This document shows positions 13,395 to 26,095 of a DNA stretch of 47,229 nucleotides, in pieces (position 1 is the stretch's first letter; each line of letters begins with the position of its first letter). Below the pieces are notes generated by a model. That model was not told where the DNA came from and did no database searches. It saw nothing but the letters and a program-made list of their open reading frames with translations. The position numbers were made by a program, and so were the translations under genes. Origin of the DNA: Octopus bimaculoides (lineage: Eukaryota); the NCBI RefSeq assembly GCF_001194135.2, contig NC_068988.1, positions 18,304,602 to 18,351,830 on the forward strand, in the 5' to 3' direction.

Positions 13395-14034
13395 AGGATA
13401 ATAATGAAGTTAAATATACGGAGAAATTAACAAAAATAATTTTTAATTTTATCAAGAGCAGAAAACATCTTATGGGTTTGTTTTTGTTTAGGGAATTAGA
13501 TTTGTTTGTTAAAATGGAATTCTGTTTCTTTATTTGCATAATTTAAGATACTTTACAATAGTTTACAAAGAAAACTATAATTAGGTATCTTAAAACTCTT
13601 GTGCTTGCTCCTATTTTTTTTCAATTTTAACCAATTTACATAAGTAATGGGCTATTATGTACATTGTATGGAATTTGTGTTTTAATGAAGTCAAGTTAGA
13701 TTTGATGTCAAAGTCACTTTTCTTGAGTTTTCTCGTGATCCTGAATGTCTGAATATTTTAGAATAATATTTACATTGATAGATGGAGAGGAAAAAACAAC
13801 AGCCTCTTTAAATTACATTATTTTTTTAATTATTTTTATTTATTTACTTATTGAGTAACCATCTGCAAACATTATAGACCACCTATAAAATCTTTAGTTT
13901 CATCATTCAGTATCTTTTTACTATCACACAAGATTTTAAAGCTTTTTAAATTTAGACATTTGCAAGAAATTAGATGTTCATGTTTTATATGTTTGCTAAG
14001 GTATGTGTGGCTTAGTGGTTGGTGTGTTATTTCT

Positions 14035-14262
14035 TTACTACCCCCAAGGGGCTGCACACAGAGGGGACAAACAAGGACAGGCAAACGGATTAAGTTGATT
14101 ATATCGACCCCAGTGCATAACTGGTACTTATTTAATCGACCCCAAAAGGATGAAAGGCAAAGTCGACCTCGGCCGAATTTGAACTCTCAGAATATAGCGG
14201 CAGACGAAATACCGCTAAGCATTTCGCCCGGTGTGCTAACGTTTCTGCCAGCTCACCGCCTT
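14035..14262 (-). mobile_element. SINE family B, low divergence
   Basis: ggatgaaaggcaaagtcgacctcggccgaatttgaactc...gccagctcaccgcc; many homologues in the window. Confidence 0.88.
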
Positions 14263-14868
14263 TGCTTAGTGGTTGGTGTGTTCAACCCACAATTATAATG
14301 TCACTGTTTGATTCCTTGATGTGATGCTGCAGTGTGTCCTTGAGCAAGGCACTTCATTTCACATTACTCCATCCAACTCAGCTGAAAATAAATATCAGCT
14401 GAGTGCTGGTGTAATCTTTCCTCTCTTCCAAGCTGTCACTCCTTGTCTGTTGCTGGGTCCAGTGTGAAAGGGTTGACAGAGTTTCTCTGTTTGCTCGTGA
14501 CAAAATAAACACCTGAAACAATTAGTGGAAGCATATGTCTTACTTTGTTATATACAAGCTTGCTACTTATAGCTATTTTGATAATTTTCTTGACTTTTCC
14601 TAAAGGCTGTTATTCAAGAAAAATAAAGGGATTTATTTTTCAGTTAAGTGAAATAAATACTGTAATGTCCTTAGGCTATGAATATATGATATGATGACTG
14701 GAGCAAGAAATTTTATTCCCAGGTCTGTTTTCTCATATTTTTATTTCCTTGCTAGCATGGTGATATTTTCCTACAGTTTGAACATTATGTATATTGTTAT
14801 AATAAATGATACTATAGCTTGATCTCCTTCTGGCAATTAATACTTTACCTATGAAATAGTGAAGTTTG

Positions 14869-15987
14869 CTCCACACCATGTTTCAAAAGATTACCAGCAA
14901 CAATATCCTGCGATATATCCTCTACAGTATCTAGAATTTGTTTTCCAGCATTTTTTTTTTAACCTCAGGTATCACTGATAGCAATCCAGATCTGAATAAC
15001 AAAAGATCTCAAAATATAAAGATATGATACAAGGACCAAATGGGAGCTTTTCGCTATTATAGAATAAATACATTCTACAAATAATGTTTTTGTTTGACTG
15101 AAGTATAATTCTAGCAAAGTACTTCAATTTTTATCCTTTAAATTTTACATCTAAAATCGCTATTTGAAAATCTGTGCTACTTTTTTTACAGTAAAAGTTG
15201 TTTTACTTTTGTTAAATTTTTTATTTGATTAGATTCTTGATGATGATGATGATGATGAAACAAGACAATTATTTAAATTACCTGTTTATAGCAATATATT
15301 TTGAAGTTAAAACTTAATATAAAACTATAAAATATAATAAACAATTTATTTAAAATAATACTCAGAACTACTACTATTTATTTGCAAAATTTCCACCGAA
15401 ATGAAATCAATTTGGAAATTTTTGTTACTTCAGACAGGTTGAGCCTTACTAATCCAGTGAGCTTGGGATTAGACAGGCACTGGAAGAGCAAATTTACTTT
15501 CCTGAAGCAAAGTAAAAAATGGAAAACAAAGATTATTTTATATCATATTGATACTGATAGAACTTAAATGAGCATAAATCTACTTCATTTTTACTTGACT
15601 TGTTTATTACAAAGTGCTGATCCTGTGTTATAAGTTTACTGTACTGTGACATAAATTAAGTAAATTAATAGAAAAAGCAAAGCAAAATAGGCCTCTTGAT
15701 GCCTGTAAATTTTTATAAATAAAGTGTGAGTAAAAAGCAAACATTTATTCCTCTTGAATGTTGATGTTTCAATGTAATATATTTATTTTTCACATGCATT
15801 CTAAATCAAAATTGTGTAATATTTGAGGTGGCTACATCTGTGGTATCTGAATTATGTAGTCAGATATCAAGATTGCAATCTGTGATATCTGCAGTTAAAA
15901 AAAAATGCTGGAAAACAAATTGTAGATGTTGTAGAGGATATATTGCAGGATAACGTTGGTGGTAATCTTCTGAAACATGGTGTGGAG
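14869..15987. repeat. Long-range inverted repeat pair (14869-14995 / 15860-15987)
   Basis: ctccacaccatgtttca.aagattacc...tttgttttccagcatttttttttaac matches in reverse complement at about 85% identity; spacer ~865 bp. Confidence 0.9.
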
Positions 15988-16242
15988 AAAATTGCCTCAT
16001 AGCTCTTCTCTTGCTGTTCAGTGATCAGAAACAAAATTTGCTCTTGTAATAAATTCTTTCTCTCTCTCTCTTTCTCACACACACACACACACACATGCAC
16101 ACACAAACATGGATCTAACTGATATTTAGGAACAGTTTGCATATTCAAACTGTTCTTAAATATTAAGTTGCTCTTCTTCAGTTACTATTTTTTCAGGTAT
16201 GCTCCCATTGTTATCCAGAATTCACAACTATCACAACATAAG

Positions 16243-16417
16243 GGCCCTTTCTACTCTTAACTCTTTTACTTGTTTCAATCATTTGACTGCGGCCATGCTG
16301 GAGCATCACCTTTAGTCGAAGAAATCGACCCCAGGACTTATTCTTTGTAAGCTTAGTACTTATTCTATCGGTCTCTTTTGCCGAACCACTAAGTGACAGG
16401 GACATAAACACAACAGC
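16243..16417 (-). mobile_element. SINE family A, 3' half
   Basis: Low-divergence match to the family A tail (ttttacttgtttcaatcatttgactgcggccatgctgg). Confidence 0.85.
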
Positions 16418-16850
16418 ATATATATATATATAAAGCACGATTTATTCATGATTAGAGTAGTTTGAAAACTACTATACTACTGCATAATCATAATTTGTGT
16501 TATTTCATATACATTTGTTAACACCAATTTACTTCATTTATATGTACATACAATCCATATTACTGCAGTTACTGAGCACCAAATGTCAAAACAGTTGTTG
16601 ACGTATAAATGAACAGGGAATAGAAAGGATAAAGAAGTGGAAATACTGGAGGAAAATTGTCAGTGTATTGAGGGACAATGGTCAAAGAGCAGAAACTAAA
16701 AGAAATGTCAGCTGATTGGGAAAAATGATTAGAGGAGGGGAAGGAGATAAAGACAGAAATACTGCATAGACAAATAAACATGTCATATATATTATAAATG
16801 TATCTCTCTACATATATGTACATAGTTATAAATGTATATACGCGCGTGTT

Positions 16851-16886
<36 letters not shown>

Positions 16887-16893
16887 CATATGT

Positions 16894-17230
16894 ATCATCA
16901 TCATCATCATCATTGTTTAATATCCACTTTCCATGGTGGCATGGGTTGGACGGTTCAACTGGGGACTGGTGAGCCAAATGGCTGCACCAGGCTCCAATCT
17001 GATCTGGCAGAGTTTCTACAGCTGGATGCCCTTCCTAACACCAACCACTTCAAGAGTGTAGTGGGTGGTTTTGCATGCCACCAGCACGAGGGTCAGTCAG
17101 GCAGTACTGGCAATGGCCATGCTCAAATAGTGTTTTTGCGTGTCACCTGCACAGGAGCCAGTCCAGCAGCACTGGCAATGCCCTTGCTTGAATGCTGTTT
17201 TCTTCTACGTACCACCAGCACAAGTGCCAG
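16894..17230 (-). mobile_element. RTE 3'-UTR element (truncated LINE or derived SINE)
   Basis: Reverse complement of the 33725-33840 tail; (cat)n on the + strand. Confidence 0.85.
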
Positions 17231-17472
17231 TAAGGGTATTGAACTCATGATCGTAAGATTGTAGTTTCAATTCCTGGACCGGATAACACATTGTGTTCTT
17301 GAGCAAAACATTTCATTTTACATTGCACCAGTCCACTCAGCTGGCAGAAGGTGAGTAATCCTGTGACAAACCGGCATCCCATCCAGTTGGGGAATATATA
17401 TGCCATGGAAAACAGGATACCAGCCCTTATGAATTGATATGACTTGAGAAGGTAACTTTACCTTCACTTTTT
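17231..17472 (+). mobile_element. SINE family D, 5'-clipped
   Basis: gtgttcttgagcaaaacatttcatt...ccagtccactcagctgg is shared with the 14265 and 42580 copies. Confidence 0.7.
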
Positions 17473-17518
17473 TTAGGGCTAAACAACAGTAATTGAAACA
17501 AATGCATACATATAATAT

Positions 17519-17892
17519 ACTCTCTTTACTCTTTTACTTGTTTCAGTCATTTGACTGCAGCCATGCTGGGGCACCACCTTTATTCTTTGTAAGCCTAGTA
17601 CTTATTCTATCGGCCTCTTTTTGCCGAAACGCTAAGTTACGGGGACGTAAACACACTAGCATCGGTTGTCAAGCAGTGGTGGGGGGAATAAACTCAGACA
17701 CACAAACACACATACATATATATATATACGATGGGCTTCTTTCAGTTTCCATCTACCAAATCCACCCACAAGGCTTTGGTCGGCCCAAGGCTATAGTAGA
17801 AGATACTTGCCTAAGATACCACACAATGGGACTGAACCCGGAACCATGTGGTTGGTAAGCAAGCTACTTACCACACAGCCACTCCTGCACCT
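17519..17892 (-). mobile_element. SINE family A, near full length
   Basis: Best-preserved copy, from the tail through to head ...ccacacagccactcctgcacct. Confidence 0.9.
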
Positions 17893-18499
17893 ATATATAA
17901 ATATAGTTGCAAATTGCAGGGTTATTACTAGCTGCTATAACATGGTTGGAGGCAGATAAAGATGGTATAGGCAAGGGTAGAACTGTACTAGGAGAATGTC
18001 AGACAGTGGGTAAGAAAGAGTAAAAGATTATGTTCTTCTCTTTGAGTTCAGATGAAGGTTGAGCCATGAGATTTGCTTACTCTCCACAGAAACACATAAA
18101 GGAATGGTATGGTATATTAAAATGTCAAACTGCAGGTTTTGACATTGCTTGTGTATTATTATGTATATTATGAAGATATTTATGAAATCTAGTTTCAACC
18201 ACATAGAGAGAGTTATATAAAAGCTTATATTTCAAAATTAGTTACATGCTGTCAACACAGTGAGCAGACCAATAGCCAAAAGTATTTCAGTGAAGAATAT
18301 TCCATCTTTCTTCGGGTGTCTAGAATTATATTATCCTGTGTGTCCAACTTCTGGGGTTTTTTTTCCCTTTGAATAGTAGGTTGTAGTTTGAAGGAGATTT
18401 GGTGACTATGTCTTGCAATTTGTGTGACTACATAGAGGCTAATTCATTGCAACAAAATATTCAGGATTATTAGCTTAACTAGCCAAATATTTCTGGGTA

Positions 18500-18856
18500 T
18501 TATTACCAGAGGTATCATTTTCAGTTGTGTTTGTTTGTTTGTTTGTTTGTCCGTGGACAAGATCAAGAACCGCTGGATGGATTTGAATGAAACTTTCAGG
18601 AATGTTTGGCCTCATGACTGGCATGAATTGATTAGATTTTGGGATCAATCTGGTGCTGGACAAAGATTCTGGATTATTTTTTCCTGTTTTTTTACTTAAT
18701 GTTTGAGAGCAGTCCGATTCATTTTTAGCATTCTTTTTTGTGAGAGCAGTTGAGTTTATTTCAGATATTCTCATTTTAAAAATCATCTCCTGCTAATCGT
18801 TGAGAGGACGTTGGTGTTGCCTTGGTGGAGGTTTGCACTCTCTGAGTGCTCTTGTT
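18500..18856 (+). mobile_element. DINE-1/HINE-like non-autonomous Helentron derivative
   Basis: 5' ttattacc followed by a (GTTT)n tract; 3' subterminal ccttggtggagg followed by the perfect stem-loop gcactc-tct-gagtgc and a T-rich end. The 5' subTIR appears partly deleted. Confidence 0.55.
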
Positions 18857-18919
18857 ATTATTATTATCATTTAAAACATCACACAGTATCCAATATCATG
18901 ATGTTGTTGATTGAAGATC

Positions 18920-19156
18920 TGACTGTGGCAATGGAAAGTTTTAGTCAAACAGATCAGCCCCTGGATTTTCTTTTTTAAAGCCTAGTACTTGTTCTATTGC
19001 TCTCTTTTGCCAAACTGCTAAGTTACAGGAACATAAACACACCAACACTGGTTGTCAACTGGTGTTGGGAGATAAGCACAAAGATACACACACGCAGATA
19101 CATAAAAATGCGCGCGCACGCACATACACACACACACATACACACACAGGTACGCA

Positions 19157-19189
<33 letters not shown>

Positions 19190-19345
19190 GACAGGCTTCT
19201 TTCAGTTTCTGTCAGCCAAATCCATTTACAAAGCTTTGGTTGGTCTTTAAAGACACTTGCTCAAAGTACCAACAGTGAGACTGGACTGACCTTGAAATCA
19301 CATGATTGAAAAGCAAACTTCTCAATCACACAGTCATGACTGCAA
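18920..19345 (-). mobile_element. SINE family A, diverged
   Basis: Collinear with the other copies. Confidence 0.8.
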
Positions 19346-19638
19346 GTAATAAAATTAATATATAATTTATAAAAGTAAACATTAATTTGGAAACTTAATT
19401 AAAACTTAGAAACTCCGTCAATATTAATAGTGTTAATACATGCTGATTTTATCAAATATTTGCCAATGCTATGTTGTACATTAAACAAAGACATAGCATA
19501 GATTATTTTCTTTGTGATATTCCGTTTGATTCTTCATTCTTCATAAATGTAAACTAAAACTAAATGCTGAAATAGTTAATGAAGTAACTATCAATCACTT
19601 TATGAATATAAAACAATTTCTAAATTGGTGTATAACAT

Positions 19639-19996
19639 ATCATCATCATCATCATTTAACATCCATTTTGCACCTTAGTATGGGTTGGACAGTTTGATGC
19701 ACCAGGTTCCAGATGCATCAGGTTCCAGTCTGATTTGGCTTCGTTTCTGCAGCTGGATGCCCTTCTTCATGCCAACCACTTAACAGAGTGTGCTGGGTGC
19801 TTTTCATGTGGTACCAGCATGTATCATCATCATCATCGTTTAACGTCCGCTTTCAATGCTAGCATGGGTTAGATGATTTGACTGAGGGCTGGCAAGCCAG
19901 AAGGCTGCACCAGGATCCAATCTGATCTGGCAGAGTTTCTACAGCTGGATGCCCTTCCTAACACCAACCACTCTGAGAATATAGTGGGTGCTTTTA
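19639..19996 (-). mobile_element. Two consecutive RTE 3'-UTR elements (19639-19822, 19823-19996)
   Basis: Two (cat)n-tttaac starts, each followed by cagctggatgccctt. Confidence 0.85.
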
Positions 19997-21884
19997 CAAA
20001 ACTCTTTTCTTATTTCCCACTGAAATTTTGGACCCAGATCAAATATTGTTTTTGCTAGACTTACAATATCCACAATACTTGCTTAGCTGTCCAATCTTCA
20101 TTGTCATTGTCATCATTGCTTTAATGTTTGTTTGTTTGTTTTTCTATGGATTAAAATGGTCTGCCATACCATACATTACCTTGACAAATGCTAACATATT
20201 CACTTCTATCTTCACCAAAACTTTTCAACAATACTATTCTAGGAATCTATCTGCCTACAATGCAAGTATTAAACTGTTTATTCCATGAAACTCAATTTTA
20301 CAATGAAGTGTATTCATAGAGTGTATTCAATGGAGTGCATTCACTGCATTTATAAATTAATTAAATTTATTAGATACTAGACAGCTAAAATCTATGAATA
20401 CACCATATAGGAAAATTTAATATGAAAAATAAACACTGCTGGTGCATCAGTAACATTCCATGCAAATATATTGTTATTCTTCCACAAAAAAGTGATAAAA
20501 ACAACCATTAGAAATCGTCTTCTAGAAAAGGTTCAGCCTTTCTCCATTGTTAGCATTTTTGTTTTACATAATGGCTTAGACAGGAAAAGAAAGATAGCAG
20601 TTATGCCTTTGTAGCCAGGGTTTTAAAGAGTAAGGTTGAAAGGGTACATCATTCTGGAATTGAAGATCCAAGGAGGAGCCTATGAATATCTGAAGTAGCT
20701 CTTCCACCATCAAAAATGAAAATAACTTTATTCAGTCCCTCTAAATTTTGCGTAGTGTTCCCCACTGCAGAGGGCACTAATCCAGTATTGTTCCATTTTG
20801 TCCTGCTTGTGAAAGGTAAAAGGAAGTTATCCTTAGATTAAATACCTGCAGCAATGCTTGCAAGAGAACTAAAGATACCCTCACTAAAGATACCCAAGGG
20901 AAAGGGAACTGGACAACACGTTACGTCCACCACCTAATATGGGTTTTAAAAGTTGTATATTCATAGGTACTTGTCTTTCTGTGAGATATATTTGTCACCC
21001 TCCTTGTCATTGTCATTTTGACATTCACTTTTTCATGCTGGCGTGGTTCAAATGAAATATGTCAAGGCACTTTCCAATGACTGAATGATGCCCTTCCTCA
21101 AGCCAATCTTGTTTCCAGGCAAAATAATATCTCTCCTTAGTCCTTCAAACTATGGCCCGACATGTTATCATGAAAGATTCCAAACAAATGACACCTCTTT
21201 ATCGTAGTGACATTTGTCGACAACTATCGCATTATGTCAAGATAAGAAGCTACACACACATGCATGCACAAACACACACATATACATATGAGAGATTTTT
21301 GCCATTTCTATCGACCAAATCTATTTACAAGGCCTTGGTCATCTTGGCGTGATAGCATCAGAGACTTACCTAAGATGCCCCACAGTGAAATTGAACCTGA
21401 AACCATGTGGTGGGAAACGAATTACATAATCACACTATGTCTGCATCTTATTGTGTTTCATGAAATTAGAACTAAGATTCTCTCAGTAATATTGATTTAT
21501 TTCTTAATAACCCTGCTTGGAATTCATTTAAGAGGGGATTGACATTGTGTGCTGATTATGCCTTTCTGGAATACACTATCACAGTAAGAGAAGTGAATTG
21601 GCTTCTCTTAGTGTAGATCAAAATTGGTGGGGAACAGATCTTTTAATGTTATTTCTGGGCTTCAGCATTCATCACTTTTTTAGGTTGAATCATCATCATC
21701 ATCATCGTTTAACGTCTGCCTTCCATGCTGGCATGGGTTGGGAAGTTTAACAGGGGCCAGCCAAGCAGGAACCTGTACCAGACTTCTGTGTCTGCTTTTT
21801 GGCAGGGTTTTTACAGCTAGATACCCTTCCAAACACCAAACACTTTACAATGTAGACTGGGTAAGGCTTGCAGTTTTAAAGAGA

Positions 21885-22522
21885 GGAGAACAGTCGATAC
21901 TATTGATCTCAGTACATGAATGGTATTTTATTTTATCAATCCTGAAAGGATGAAAGACAAGCTGAGTTAGGTGGAATTTGAACTCAGAATGCAGAGAGCT
22001 AGAACAAATACCACATTGTATTTTTTTTTTTTTTTGGCACTTTAAAAATTCTGTCATTTTACCACCATTTTTGTGATGAATATTGGTTTCAAACTTTGGT
22101 ACGAAGCCAGCGAGTTTGGGTGGTCAGGGGTGAGAGGATTAAATCAACCCCAGTATTCAACTGGTACTTATTTCATCAACCCCAAAAGGATGAAAGGCAA
22201 AGTCAGCCTCAGCAGAATTTGAACTTAGATGAAATAATGCTTAGGTATTTTGCCCAGTTCAGTAATGATTCTGCCAGTTCGCTGACCATTTTGTGTTGGG
22301 TATTGGCTTTAAATTTTGGTACAAGGCCAATAGGTTTGGGAGAAGGGCTAAGTCAGTTAAATCAACTGCAGTAATCAGCTGGCTGGTACTTATTTTATTG
22401 ACTCCAAAAAGAATGAAAGCAAAGTGGACTGTGACAGAATTTGAACTCAGAACATAAAGACAAACAAGACACCACTAAGAATTTTGCCCAGTGTGGTAAT
22501 GATTCTTCCAGCTTGCTGCCCG
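21885..22522 (-). mobile_element. Three tandem SINE family B copies
   Basis: The gaatttgaactcag / tgaaag(g)caaag core recurs three times (~21950-21990, ~22190-22230, ~22410-22450). Confidence 0.8.
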
Positions 22523-22538
22523 TTTTGTGCTGAATATT

Positions 22539-22936
22539 TGTTGTTGTTGTTGTTGTTGGCACTCCATCTCTTACGATGTCGAGGGTTCCAGTTGATCCAA
22601 TCAACGGAACAGCCTGCTCGTGAAATTGATGTGCAAGTGGCTGAGCACTCCACAGACATGTGTACCCTTAACGTAGTTCTCAGGGATATTCAGCGTGACA
22701 CAGTGTGACAAGGATGACCCTTTGAATTACAGGCACAACAGAAACAGGAAGTAAGAGTGAGAGAAAGTTGTGGTGAAAGAGTACAGCAGGGTTCGCCACC
22801 ATCCCCTGCCGGAGCCTCGTGGAGCTTTTAGTTGTTTTCGCTCAATAAACACTCACAACACCCGGTCTGGGAATCGAAATCGCGATCCTATGACCGCGAG
22901 TCCGCTGCCCTAACCACTGGGCCATTGCGCCTCCAC
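22539..22936 (-). mobile_element. tRNA-derived SINE, family C, full length
   Basis: Reverse complement of the 9160 copy; 10-bp TSD gctgaatatt at 22529-22538 and 22937-22946. Confidence 0.93.
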
Positions 22937-23939
22937 GCTGAATATTAACAAAGCTTTATAAACAAGTTTCTTTGTGGATAGCAAGAGAGCTGCACCAGGT
23001 TCCAGTCTGATTTAGCTTTGTTTCTACAGCTGGATGCCCTTCCTAATGCCAACCACTTTACAATGTGCTGGGTGCTTTTTACATAGCACTGGCATGTATA
23101 TAATACAAAAGTTTTTTCTCATTCCCCACTGAAATTCTGGACCCAGATCAAATGTTTCTTTTACTAGAGTTACCATATCCATGATTCCTACTTAGTTGTT
23201 CAATCTTCATCATCATTGTTGTCATATCATTGCTTTAATGTTTGTTTGCTGGTTTTTCTATGGATTAGAATGGTCTTCCATACCATACATTACCTTAACA
23301 AATTCACTTCTATCTTTGCCAAATTTTCCAACAATATTAACAGCAAACAGCTTTAGTTTCTTAATCGGTGCAACCATAACAGACATCAATAATTTGTAAA
23401 CAAGAGTTCATGAGTATGCTGCCTTCTTATACATATATAATTCATAAATTTCTTTTATATATTAATTTATGTTGATTGCTTTGTATATATGACTGATAAT
23501 TGATGATATTAACTGCATTCCTCTCAACTGAAATTTGTATAAAAGAACCTTTAATGGTTGAAAATTTTCTTATTTATTTTCCTGGTCAGTGATTAGCAAT
23601 AACACTTCATCTATTGACATGTAGGAATTGTGTGCAATATATCATATCCTCTAATCATCAGTGAGAAGCCCTACACTAAGTCAGCATTGAGGTTTCAACA
23701 GATTGACAGAAAGAGCTAATTACTGAATGTTTTTGTTCTTGTATCTTTTAGTCAAGAAGGAAAGCAGTCTTATGACCCATTACAGGGCCACTAAGACTGG
23801 TGGAAAGGTGAGAAGAATGGGACTTCCCTTAAATGCATGTAACAAAATGGACTTACTTAAAGGCACCCAAGACAGTAGGTGGTCGTGGTGTTAAATCTGA
23901 TGACATATTAAGTCTGCCTTTTACGTGCCACTGGCAAGA

Positions 23940-23985
<46 letters not shown>

Positions 23986-25295
23986 CATCATCATCATCNN
24001 NNNNNNNNTGAATGTTTTTGTTCTTGTATCTTTTAGTCAAGAAGGAAAGCAGTCTTATGACCCATTACAGGGCCACTAAGACTGGTGGAAAGGTGAGAAG
24101 AATGGGACTTCCCTTAAATGCATGTAACAAAATGGACTTACTTAAAGGCACCCAAGACAGTAGGTGGTCGTGGTGTTAAATCTGATGACATATTAAGTCT
24201 GCCTTTTACGTGCCACCGGCACAAAGGCCAGTCAGGCGGTACTGGCAACGGCCAAGCTCAAAATGGTGTATTTTATGTGCCACCCGCACAAGAGCCAGTC
24301 CAGGGGCACTGGCAATGATCTCGCTCAAAAGTCCTTACACATGCCACAGGCACAAGTGCCAGAAAGGCGAAGCTGGGCACAGATGCCAGCACGATTTCGC
24401 TTATATTCTTCTTTCAGTTTTTATGTACCAAATCACAAGGCTTTGGTCAACTAAGGACAATATTAGAAGACACTTGCTCAAGGTTCCATGCAGTGGGACT
24501 GAACTCAATACATGTTTGGGGAGCAAGTTTTTGTGCATTTTGAACTCAGAACATAAATATTTAGAATAAATACAGCATGGCATTCAGTCCATTGTTCCTA
24601 CAATCTCACCAATCTCACTCTTTGCATTGATATTTTTTCATCAACTCTGAAAGGATGAAAGTCAAATTTGACCTCAGAGGTGTTTGAACGCAGAGCATAA
24701 TGAATCAAAATAATTGCCACAAAGTATTCTTTGCACTACACTGACTCTACTTGTTCACCACTTAAACAAGTCTGACTGTGGTTAGATGGTGATGTAAATG
24801 TTTGAATGAATATAATATATTCCAGCTGAAACTATTTATATGGATTTCGTTCCTGGTCATGACAATGATTATTGAAGACAATCAAAGTATGCTGAATAGC
24901 ATATTTCCAAATCTCCAGCTCAAGATTAAGACTTGTTAAAGCTGATGTATTGAATAATTTATATATGTTTATATATACCTCCTTTGCATGAAGAAGGCTT
25001 TATTACTTTTCTATGATGTACACTGAAGAATCAATCTCAACTAATTCCATCTGGCACATGCAAGCATAGAAAAGTGGACACTAAAATGATGATGACAATG
25101 ACAGCGACGATGCTGATGAAGACACCGACAATGACGATAATGAAATTACAGTACATTAAGTAGATAATTGTTTCTTTGTTTCCAACAAAGGCTCAAGGTC
25201 TGATATTTTGTAAGGAGGGTGTCATTCAAGGAAATTTACCCCTAGTGCACACACATGTATACACACACACATACATACATACATACTTACATATA

Positions 25296-25553
25296 TCATC
25301 ATCATCATCGTTTAACGTCCGTTCTCTATGCATGTGTGGGTTGTACAGTTGACTGAGGTCTGGAAAGCCAGTAGCTGCACCAGGCTCCATTCTGATCTCG
25401 CAATATTTTTAAAACTGGATGCTCTTCCTGACGCCAACCACTCTGAGAGAGTGTAGTGGGTGCCTTTTACATTCCACTGGCTCAGGAGCCAATCAGGTGG
25501 TCCTGGCATTGATCATGTTCGGATAGTGCTTTTTACATGCCACTGGCAAGGGA
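25296..25553 (-). mobile_element. RTE 3'-UTR element
   Basis: Same tail family. Further minus-strand fragments at ~21690-21868, ~22988-23097 and ~24199-24395. Confidence 0.82.
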
Positions 25554-25631
<78 letters not shown>

Positions 25632-25901
25632 TTCTTTCAGTTTTTATGTACCAAATCACAAGGCTTTGGTCAACTAAGGGTAATATTAGAAGACACTTGC
25701 TCAAGGTTCCATGCAATGGGACTGAACTCAGTACATGTTTCAGAAGCAAGTTTTTAAACCACACTGCTATGTCTGCCCAATGTACTGTCTAGTAGCATCC
25801 CAACCTCCAACGGCTTTTTCAAATAAATTATGTAACATCCTTCTCCAACTACAGTTCTAATATTCGGTTAAAATGTCTTGCGTTTAAGCTGGTTCCCATG
25901 C

Positions 25902-25991
25902 ATTTCCCTGAAGACAGGATTACATTCTTAACAACATCACTGATTCCTATGGAAGGTATAATTTGTAATCTTCGAAACATATGTTGGAAAT
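25902..25991 (+). ncRNA. Candidate minimal type I hammerhead ribozyme (PLE/retrozyme type)
   Basis: Stem I atttcc/ggaaat (6 bp), CUGAAGA, stem II aggattaca/tgtaatctt (9 bp including one G.U), GAAA, palindromic stem III CATATG, UH = UU. The 10.1/11.1 positions form a C.C mismatch. Confidence 0.65.
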
Positions 25992-26027
25992 AAAAGTATG
26001 CAGTTAACATATGCGTTTTACTCCATT

Positions 26028-26095
<68 letters not shown>

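Noticed and set aside
23724-24216. Identical 208-bp direct repeat (23724-23931 = 24009-24216)
   Set aside because: It flanks a 10-N gap and the second copy starts exactly at the contig edge, so it is most likely an unmerged overlap or allelic contigs.
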